Source: Aquifex aeolicus VF5 (lineage in GTDB: Bacteria; Aquificota; Aquificia; Aquificales; Aquificaceae). Taken from it: DNA of 32,000 nucleotides. Below, piece by piece: positions 25,654 to 32,000 of the stretch. The notes beneath the pieces are model-generated. The model made no database searches, had not been told where the DNA came from, and saw nothing but the letters and a program-made list of their open reading frames with translations. The translations under genes and the position numbers were made by a program. Numbering within the stretch: the stretch's first letter is position 1; every line of letters begins with the position of its first letter. Location: positions 480,001 through 512,000 of the forward strand of contig NC_000918.1 in assembly GCF_000008625.1 (NCBI RefSeq), written 5' to 3'.

Positions 25654-26826
25654 ATGACTAAGGTTGTAAATTACGGGGAAGTTCAGTACGGTTTTGCTAA
25701 GAGGTACTTTGAAGAATTCTTATCCGAGAGGAAAGGAAGGATAGAAAAGCTCTTGAAACCAGAAAAAACTCCGGTTCTCCTTATGGACATCCAGGGTGTG
25801 AAGAAAAAGTACCTCGAAGTTAAGTATCACTTTCCCGAGTTTAACGTTTACTACGCGGTTAAGGCAAATGACGACGAAAGCGTTATAAGGGCTCTCGTTG
25901 AAGTGGGAGCAGGATTTGAGGTTGCCTCTTCTCAGGAACTTGAAAAGGTTCTGAGGCTTGGAGGAAAAATTGAAAAAGTAATTTCAAGTAATCCAGTAAA
26001 ACCTCCAGAATTTATAGAGTTTGCGTATCAGAAGGGTGTTAGAACCTTCGCGGTGGATAGCATAACGGAAGTTAAAAAAATTAAAGATATTGCCCCGCGT
26101 TCAAAAGTTTACGTGAGGATTGCCGTTCCGAATGAAGGAAGCGACTGGCCCCTTTCCCGGAAGTTTGGAGTGAGTGTGGAAGAAGCCGTTGAAATTCTAG
26201 AGTACGCAAATGACCTTGGACTCGTCCCTTACGGGATTACCTTTCACGTGGGTTCTCAGTGTAATAACTTAAGAAACTGGTTCATAGCGGTAAAGCTTTC
26301 TGCACAACTCTGGGAAAAGGCAAGGGCAAAGGGACTAAAGCTTCAGATGCTCAACATGGGCGGGGGAATTCCCGTTCGTTACAACTACGAAGCTCTGAGC
26401 GTTGAGGACATAGCCTATTACGTCAAAGGACTCATGAGGAAGTACTTTCCTGTTCAACCTTATGAACTGCAGATAGAACCCGGAAGGGGAATAGTCGGAG
26501 ATCAGGGAATTATGGTAACAAAGGTAATAGGGAAAGCTAAGAGAGGAAGTGAAAACTGGCTTTACATAGACACTGGAGTTTTTAACGGACTTGCGGAAGC
26601 ACTCGGGGGCATAAGGTATCCCTTCTTCCTTGAAAGGGAAGGGGAACTGAAGGAGTGGACAATAGGCGGTGTTTCCTGCGACAGTATGGACGTAGTGGCT
26701 AAGAACGTTTACCTTCCAGAACCTGAAGTAGGTGATTACCTTTACATACTTTCCGCTGGAGCTTACACCACCGTTTACGCTTCAAACTTCAACGGCTTTC
26801 CTAAACCTGAGGTTGTTCCTTTTTAG
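25654..26826 (+). CDS. PLP-dependent Orn/Lys/Arg decarboxylase (alanine-racemase fold, ODC-like)
   Basis: PLP-lysine motif YAVKAN, plus HVGSQ, GGGIPV, EPGRGIVG and SCDSMD motifs. 390 aa. Confidence 0.8.
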   Translation: MTKVVNYGEVQYGFAKRYFEEFLSERKGRIEKLLKPEKTPVLLMDIQGVKKKYLEVKYHFPEFNVYYAVKANDDESVIRALVEVGAGFEVASSQELEKVLRLGGKIEKVISSNPVKPPEFIEFAYQKGVRTFAVDSITEVKKIKDIAPRSKVYVRIAVPNEGSDWPLSRKFGVSVEEAVEILEYANDLGLVPYGITFHVGSQCNNLRNWFIAVKLSAQLWEKARAKGLKLQMLNMGGGIPVRYNYEALSVEDIAYYVKGLMRKYFPVQPYELQIEPGRGIVGDQGIMVTKVIGKAKRGSENWLYIDTGVFNGLAEALGGIRYPFFLEREGELKEWTIGGVSCDSMDVVAKNVYLPEPEVGDYLYILSAGAYTTVYASNFNGFPKPEVVPF

Positions 26827-26842
26827 AAATAAATTCAATCTT

Positions 26843-27745
26843 ATGAATAAGTACCCCTCTTATTTGAACCTCTATGAGAGCGGAGAGCTGGAAAAGAGGG
26901 TGGAAAAAGCCCTTAATATGCTTGAAAAGTGTAAGGTTTGTCCCCATACCTGCGGTGTAAACAGGCTGGAAGATGACAAAAAGGGATACTGTAAAGTAGG
27001 AAGGTACGCTGTGGTCGCCGACTACTTTCCCCACTTCGGCGAGGAATTTCCCATAAGGGGATACAGGGGAAGCGGGACGATATTCTTCTCTTACTGCAAC
27101 ATGAGGTGTGTTTACTGCCAGAACTACGATGTCAGCCACTTGGGCGCGGGAAGGATTATGAAACCCGAGGACCTCGCAGAAGTTATGCTGGAACTTCAGG
27201 ACTACGGTTGCCATAACATAAACCTCGTTTCTCCTTCCCACGTAGTTCCCCAGATACTCGAAGCCCTCCTAATAGCGGTAGAAAGAGGACTTAGAATTCC
27301 AATAGTTTACAATACATCTTCCTTTGACTCTCTGGAAACCTTAAAACTTCTTGATGGAATAGTTGACATATACCTCGCGGATTTAAAGTACCTAAACAAA
27401 GAGTACGGGAGGAAGTACTCAAAGGTGAAAGATTACCCATCTGTCGCAAAGGAAGCGATAAGGGAAATGTACAGGCAGGTGGGAAACCTGGAAGTGGACG
27501 AAAGGGGTATAGCTGTAAGGGGGCTGCTCGTTAGACACCTCGTTCTTCCAAACGACATATCCACCACAAAGGAGGTTATGGAATTCTTAAGAAGTATTGA
27601 TCCAAAGCTTGCGGTAAACGTTATGAAGCAGTATCACCCATACTACAAAGCGTGGGATTATCCCGAACTTTCCAGAAGAATAACGGAAGAAGAATACAAA
27701 AAAGCCCTTGAAGAAGCTCAAGGCTTTACCCTGATTGTGGATTAA
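26843..27745 (+). CDS. Radical SAM protein, PflX/COG1313-like (homolog of pyruvate formate-lyase activase); substrate unknown
   Basis: CNMRCVYCQN is a CxxxCxxC radical SAM cluster motif. An extra N-terminal Cys set is present (CKVCPHTCG...GYC). Start ATG 26843. The 37 upstream track codons overlap the decarboxylase gene. Confidence 0.8.
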   Translation: MNKYPSYLNLYESGELEKRVEKALNMLEKCKVCPHTCGVNRLEDDKKGYCKVGRYAVVADYFPHFGEEFPIRGYRGSGTIFFSYCNMRCVYCQNYDVSHLGAGRIMKPEDLAEVMLELQDYGCHNINLVSPSHVVPQILEALLIAVERGLRIPIVYNTSSFDSLETLKLLDGIVDIYLADLKYLNKEYGRKYSKVKDYPSVAKEAIREMYRQVGNLEVDERGIAVRGLLVRHLVLPNDISTTKEVMEFLRSIDPKLAVNVMKQYHPYYKAWDYPELSRRITEEEYKKALEEAQGFTLIVD

Positions 27746-27756
27746 AATAATCAATT

Positions 27757-28590
27757 ATGGATGTAACCGTAATAAGTGCCTTTCTGGGCGGACTCCTTTC
27801 CTTTCTATCTCCCTGTATCCTTCCGATAATCCCTGCGTACCTCTCCTACATTTCTGGTGTCGGAGTAAGTGACGTAGAAACTCAAAAGGGAAAAGTGAAC
27901 TGGAAAGTGTTCTTTTCAGCCCTATACTTTGTCCTCGGATTTACGCTTGTCTTTACGGGACTTGGCGCAAGTGCGACTTTTGTGGGGCAGCTTCTTCACG
28001 ATTATCAGGAATGGATAATAAGGGTGGGAAGCGGACTCGTGATATTCTTCGGTCTCCACTTTGCGGGAGTGTTTTTATGGAAGCACTTCCTGAAGGTTTA
28101 CATACCGATAGGTATCTTAATTCCCGTTCTTTACTTCTTAAAACTCCTCTCATGGAACGAGTTCTTTAACTTGATGTTTGCCTACGCGGTAGTTTTAATC
28201 CTTTACCTCGTAAAAGCTCACGAGTTTTTATACAGGCAGTTAAAGATAGAGGCAAAGGCGGAAATTTCTTACTTGGGAGCCTTCTTAATGGGGGTAGTTT
28301 TTGCCTTCGGGTGGAGTCCCTGTATAGGGCCCGTTCTCGGTTCCATTCTCTTCCTCGCCTCTCAGCAGGAGACCGTAGCAAAAGGAGCTCTTCTACTTTT
28401 CGTTTACTCAATAGGTCTCGGAATACCCTTTCTCCTTGCAGGACTCCTCTTTTCCCTATTCCTTAACTTTGTGAGGTCCTTTTCAAGGTACTTCAAGTAC
28501 GTGGAAATTGCGGGCGGTGTTCTGCTTGTTTCCTTGGGACTTCTTCTCGCACTGGATAAGCTCTCACTTATTGCTAACATTACTTTCTGA
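27757..28590 (+). CDS. ccdA: Cytochrome c biogenesis thiol-disulfide transporter CcdA (DsbD family)
   Basis: Polytopic membrane protein carrying the two conserved Cys motifs LSPCILPIIPAYLSY and GWSPCIGPVLGSIL. Confidence 0.85.
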   Translation: MDVTVISAFLGGLLSFLSPCILPIIPAYLSYISGVGVSDVETQKGKVNWKVFFSALYFVLGFTLVFTGLGASATFVGQLLHDYQEWIIRVGSGLVIFFGLHFAGVFLWKHFLKVYIPIGILIPVLYFLKLLSWNEFFNLMFAYAVVLILYLVKAHEFLYRQLKIEAKAEISYLGAFLMGVVFAFGWSPCIGPVLGSILFLASQQETVAKGALLLFVYSIGLGIPFLLAGLLFSLFLNFVRSFSRYFKYVEIAGGVLLVSLGLLLALDKLSLIANITF

Positions 28591-29213
28591 TGAGGACTGT
28601 TGTAATAGACTATGGAATGGGCAACTTAAGGAGTGTCAGTAAAGCTCTTGAGGCGGTAGGATTTCCCGAAGTAGTAGTCTCAAACGATTACAGAGTGGCT
28701 TCCGAGGCGGATGTCCTTGTTCTTCCGGGTGTCGGTGCCTTCGGAGACGCTATGAAAAATCTGGAGGAACTAAACTTAGTCAGCGTAATAAGGAGACATA
28801 TAGAAAAAGGAAAGCCCTTTCTTGGAATATGCCTCGGTCTTCAACTCCTCTTTGAAAAAAGCTATGAACACGGTGAGCATAGGGGTCTCGGGATTTTAAA
28901 GGGTGAGGTTATACTGCTCCCTTTGGGGGTGAAAATACCCCACATAGGATGGAACCAGCTGTGGTTTAAGAAGGAAAGTGAGATACTGGAAGGTCTGAAA
29001 GAGGGAGATTTCGTTTACTTCGTCCACTCTTACAGAGTAGTTCCGGAAGACGAGAGCGTAGTTCTCACAAAAACCGATTACGGAGAATACTTCGTCTCTT
29101 CAATAGAACTGGATAACGTAGTGGCTTTCCAGTTCCACCCCGAAAAGAGTCAAAAGAAGGGCTTAAAACTCCTTGAAAATTTTAAAAGGAAGGCGGAAAA
29201 GCTTACCACCTGA
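28590..29213 (+). CDS. hisH: Imidazole glycerol phosphate synthase, glutamine amidotransferase subunit
   Basis: Class I GATase triad context: GICLGLQLL (Cys) and FQFHPEKS (His-Glu). TGATG overlap with the ccdA stop. Confidence 0.93.
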   Translation: MRTVVIDYGMGNLRSVSKALEAVGFPEVVVSNDYRVASEADVLVLPGVGAFGDAMKNLEELNLVSVIRRHIEKGKPFLGICLGLQLLFEKSYEHGEHRGLGILKGEVILLPLGVKIPHIGWNQLWFKKESEILEGLKEGDFVYFVHSYRVVPEDESVVLTKTDYGEYFVSSIELDNVVAFQFHPEKSQKKGLKLLENFKRKAEKLTT

Positions 29214-29685
29214 AGTGGGAGAAAACCATGTTCGCATGTGCCATCCTGTGTGTCTCTTCCTTCTTCTTGTACGCTCCTCCCCTCTCGTTCAGCGCATCCA
29301 ATAGCTCCGCCTTTAACCTCTCTATCATAGTGTACTGTCCCCTTCCCCTCGGTCTTTCCCTCGCAGCCTGAACCAGCCACTTTATCGCAAGGCTTATCTG
29401 CCTCCTCTCTGGCACTTCTATCGGCACCTGATACGTAGCTCCTCCCACTCTTCTGGGTCTCACTTCCCACTCGGGCTTTAACTTCTCTATTACCTTATGA
29501 AGCAGTTCAACAGGGTGCATGTTTACCTCTTTCGCAGCCTCTTCCAGTGCAGTGTAGACTATCCACTCAGCCACGCTTTTCTTTCCGTCCTTCATCACTT
29601 TGTTTATTAACTTCTGAACGAGTACGTCCCCGTACTTGGGGTCGGGCGGTATTTCTCTCGGAGGTACTGGTCCTTTCCTTGGCAT
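29203..29685 (-). CDS. rpsG: 30S ribosomal protein S7
   Basis: 160 aa, full-length S7-like sequence ending in HFRW. Its 3' end overlaps the hisH 3' end by 11 nt. Confidence 0.97.
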   Translation of the reverse strand: MPRKGPVPPREIPPDPKYGDVLVQKLINKVMKDGKKSVAEWIVYTALEEAAKEVNMHPVELLHKVIEKLKPEWEVRPRRVGGATYQVPIEVPERRQISLAIKWLVQAARERPRGRGQYTMIERLKAELLDALNERGGAYKKKEETHRMAHANMVFSHFRW

Positions 29686-29688
29686 CTA

Positions 29689-30075
29689 TTAACCTCCTTT
29701 TTCTTCCTTTGGTCTCTTGGTTCCGTACTTGGAACGGGATTGTCTCCTTCCTTCAACTCCAGCTGCATCAAGCGCTCCTCTGATAATCTTGTATCTCACA
29801 CCGGGAAGGTCTTTCACTCTTCCTCCTCTCACGAGAACTATAGAGTGCTCCTGAAGGTTGTGACCTTCACCGGGGATGTAGGCGGTGACTTCAATACCGT
29901 TGGAGAGTCTGACTCTTGCAACTTTTCTGAGTGCAGAGTTTGGCTTTTTTGGAGTGACTGTGTAGACTCTGACACACACACCTCTCTTTTGAGGGCAGCC
30001 TTGAAGTGCCGGAGCTTTTGACTTTTTCTTCCTCTTTTCCCTTCCGTACTTAACTAACTGGTTGAACGTCGGCAT
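29689..30075 (-). CDS. rpsL: 30S ribosomal protein S12
   Basis: 128 aa with [16 protein letters not shown] and [25 protein letters not shown] upstream. Confidence 0.97.
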   Translation of the reverse strand: MPTFNQLVKYGREKRKKKSKAPALQGCPQKRGVCVRVYTVTPKKPNSALRKVARVRLSNGIEVTAYIPGEGHNLQEHSIVLVRGGRVKDLPGVRYKIIRGALDAAGVEGRRQSRSKYGTKRPKEEKGG

Positions 30076-30103
30076 TCGCTTCCTCCTTTTAAGGCAAATT
30101 ATT

Positions 30104-30133
30104 AGTATATCAAAATGCTAAAATTAAAGGCAA
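30104..30133. promoter_or_regulatory. Overlapping divergent promoter candidates for rpsL (minus) and lpdA (plus)
   Basis: Minus strand: TTGCCT (30133-30128), 18-nt spacer, TATACT (30109-30104) preceded by TGa. Plus strand: extended -10 TGcTAAAAT at 30116-30124, 36 nt before the lpdA ATG. Confidence 0.35.
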
Positions 30134-30160
30134 TTAAAACCCCTTTTCAGGAGGAGCTTC

Positions 30161-31558
30161 ATGGAGTTTGACTTAATAATCGTGGGTGCGGGTAGTGGAG
30201 GTTACGAGGCGGGGCTTTACGCCTTCAGAAGGGGAATGAAGGTAGCCTTCGTGGAACTCTCTCCGGAGACCGTGGGAGGAAATTGCCTCAACAGAGGTTG
30301 CATCCCTTCAAAGTACATGAGGCACGGGGCTTACCTCCTTGACAAGTTTCAGAAAATGGAGCAATACGGAATAATTTCAAAGGGTTACGACATAGAGTAC
30401 AAAAAACTCAAAGAGGGAAGGGATAACGTCGTAGTGACCATAAGGGAAAACTTTAAGAAGTTCGCCCAGCAACTCAGAATTCCCATATACTACGGCAAAG
30501 GAGTTTTAAAGGATCCAAACACTGTGTTCGTGGAAGGACCAGAGGAAACTCTGAAGGCTAAGTACATCCTCGTGGCTACTGGATCCTCTCCTACCTCTGT
30601 CGGGAACCTCGTTCCGGACGGAAAGTACGTTATAGACACAGATCAGATATGGGAAATAGATTACGTACCAAAGAAGGTTCTAATAGTCGGGGGCGGAGCA
30701 GTAGGGGTTGAGTTCGCATACATATTCAGGAAGTACGGAAGTGAGGTTGTTCTGGTAGAGATAAAAGACAGACTCCTTCCCACTCCCGATATCCCCGAGG
30801 ACAGCGGGAGGTACCTCGCCAGAAAGTTAAGGGAACTGGGAGTTGATATAAGGACGAGAACTTCTGTGGAGAGCTGGGAAAAGACTCAGAACGGAGTAAA
30901 GGCAAAGCTCACGGACGGGAGCGAGGTTGTAGCGGACTTCATCCTCCTCGGTGTAGGAAGAAAACCAAACACCAAAGGAATAGGCCTTGAGGAACTCGGT
31001 ATAGAGATGGACGAGAGGGGATTCGTAAAGACGAACGAGTACGCCCAAACGAACATTCCAAACATATACGCCTGTGGGGATATAACCTCTCCCTTAATGC
31101 TGGCTCACAAGTCTATGTACGAGGGTAAAATCGCCGTTTCCCACATACTTGGCGAGAGGGACTGGAAGAAGAACGAGAGGATAATTCCCAAGATTATTTA
31201 CTCCGCACTGGAAGTGGCATCGGTCGGCCTCACTGAAGAGCAGGCGGAAGACGAAGACATAGAAGTAAGGGTGGGAGTAGCTTCTTTCGTTTCAAACCCC
31301 AAAGCCATGGACGACGGAGAGAATGAGGGATTTGTAAGGATAGTGGCGGACGACGAGACTGGTGAAATACTCGGATGTCACATAGTCGGTCCACATGCGG
31401 GAGAACTCATACATCAGGTAGTTCACATGATAAAGGACGGAAAAACCGTGGAGTTTGCTTCAAAGACTATGTACTCCCACCCATCACTTTCGGAAAACAT
31501 AGGAATAGCTTCCTCGGAGGTTTATTACGGACCTATATCGTGGGTAAAAAGGCGGTAA
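30161..31558 (+). CDS. lpdA: Dihydrolipoamide dehydrogenase-type pyridine nucleotide-disulfide oxidoreductase
   Basis: FAD fold IVGAGSGG, redox disulfide GGNCLNRGCIPSK, NAD fold VGGGAVGVEF, C-terminal interface HPSLSE. AGGAGGAG SD. Confidence 0.88.
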   Translation: MEFDLIIVGAGSGGYEAGLYAFRRGMKVAFVELSPETVGGNCLNRGCIPSKYMRHGAYLLDKFQKMEQYGIISKGYDIEYKKLKEGRDNVVVTIRENFKKFAQQLRIPIYYGKGVLKDPNTVFVEGPEETLKAKYILVATGSSPTSVGNLVPDGKYVIDTDQIWEIDYVPKKVLIVGGGAVGVEFAYIFRKYGSEVVLVEIKDRLLPTPDIPEDSGRYLARKLRELGVDIRTRTSVESWEKTQNGVKAKLTDGSEVVADFILLGVGRKPNTKGIGLEELGIEMDERGFVKTNEYAQTNIPNIYACGDITSPLMLAHKSMYEGKIAVSHILGERDWKKNERIIPKIIYSALEVASVGLTEEQAEDEDIEVRVGVASFVSNPKAMDDGENEGFVRIVADDETGEILGCHIVGPHAGELIHQVVHMIKDGKTVEFASKTMYSHPSLSENIGIASSEVYYGPISWVKRR

Positions 31559-31621
31559 AACTTGACACCACTCATTGTTTATTCAAAGGGAATACTCATA
31601 TTTCCTAAAGGAGGTAAGTAA

Positions 31622-32000
31622 ATGGCCGTTCAGGACGTAATAGAGGCTCTCAAGAAGGAAACCCTTGAAGACGTAGGTATAAATCAAAACCTAGCACAGC
31701 TCGTAAAAGACATAAAAATGGTGGGAAATGTTCTCACGATAGTCTTTGAACCCCCAAAGCAGGGACTTGAAGACATTATAAGAGCAAAGGTTATAGACGC
31801 CTTAGGTAACCTTCCCGAGGTTCAAAAAATTGACGTGAAGTTTGTAAAACCTCAGGCTCAGATTCCCGTAAAGCAGCAAGCACCCCAGCAACAGCAAACC
31901 CCACCGCCCCAAACGCAACAACCCATGTTCACGAGGAAAAAGGTTCCCGGAGTAAAACACATAATAGCGGTTGGAAGCGGTAAAGGAGGAGTTGGAAAGT
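31622..32000 (+). CDS. mrp: Mrp/ApbC-family Fe-S cluster carrier ATPase; N-terminal 126 codons, continues beyond the window
   Basis: Absent from the ORF track because there is no stop inside the window. AAGGAGG SD 7 nt before the ATG. My translation gives MAVQDVIEALKKE..., a DUF59-like N-domain, a Q/P-rich linker, and then the Walker A start IAVGSGKGGVGK at the window edge. Confidence 0.8.
   Translation, partial: MAVQDVIEALKKETLEDVGINQNLAQLVKDIKMVGNVLTIVFEPPKQGLEDIIRAKVIDALGNLPEVQKIDVKFVKPQAQIPVKQQAPQQQQTPPPQTQQPMFTRKKVPGVKHIIAVGSGKGGVGK

Noticed and set aside
27953-28411. Minus-strand ORFs 27953-28153 and 28166-28411 inside ccdA
   Set aside because: They are antisense to a membrane protein gene that has both conserved Cys motifs. 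Their basic, low-complexity translations are typical of spurious frames.
29206-29218. CCAC-ctgaa-GTGG hairpin at the hisH/rpsG overlap, considered as a bidirectional terminator
   Set aside because: The stem is only 4 bp, lies inside both coding sequences, and has no flanking T/A tracts.
29150-29470. 106-aa minus-strand ORF overlapping rpsG in another frame, plus 29547-29783 and 29740-30021 on the plus strand
   Set aside because: They overlap highly conserved ribosomal protein genes and have arginine/glycine-rich or low-complexity translations with no motifs.

Overview
Compact chromosomal segment, roughly 97-98% coding by eye. I recognise the proteins as Aquifex aeolicus-like; this rests on recognition and on the K/E/R/I/V/Y-rich hyperthermophile composition, not on a database search. 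I support 28 protein genes, two of them truncated at the window edges. Minus strand, 1-11269: hspR (partial), dnaJ, truB, then a translationally coupled tsf-pyrH-frr-(YfgM-like)-(secreted SNase) string. A plus-strand trpB-thiO-hyuA block sits between truB and the SNase gene. Plus strand, 11380-29213: an 18-kb co-directional gene train. It comprises a six-gene glycogen block (glgP, NDP-sugar pyrophosphorylase fused to a PMM-like domain, GH57, glgA, glgB, malQ), a P-type ATPase, D-lactate dehydrogenase, an ODC-like decarboxylase, a COG1313-type radical SAM protein, ccdA and hisH. After that come a stand-alone rpsL-rpsG pair on the minus strand, then lpdA and the start of mrp/apbC. No rRNA, tRNA or CRISPR array was seen. 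The only accessory DNA is a ~1.5-kb tnpB-only IS200/IS605-type element (about 9864-11362, minus strand) between the divergent tsf and glgP genes. It has matching subterminal hairpins, and a GC-rich candidate omega-RNA overlaps the 3' tail of tnpB. Its TnpB has lost all four zinc-finger cysteines and carries Gly at the canonical RuvC-II glutamate position. This is the best candidate for something unusual. Other points: a pseudo-enzyme PMM/PGM domain fused to the sugar nucleotidyltransferase of the glycogen operon; a recurrent TAAAAT-like hexamer 7-8 nt upstream of SD-less start codons, a leaderless-type arrangement; and a HAIR-like operator at the dnaJ-hspR promoter.
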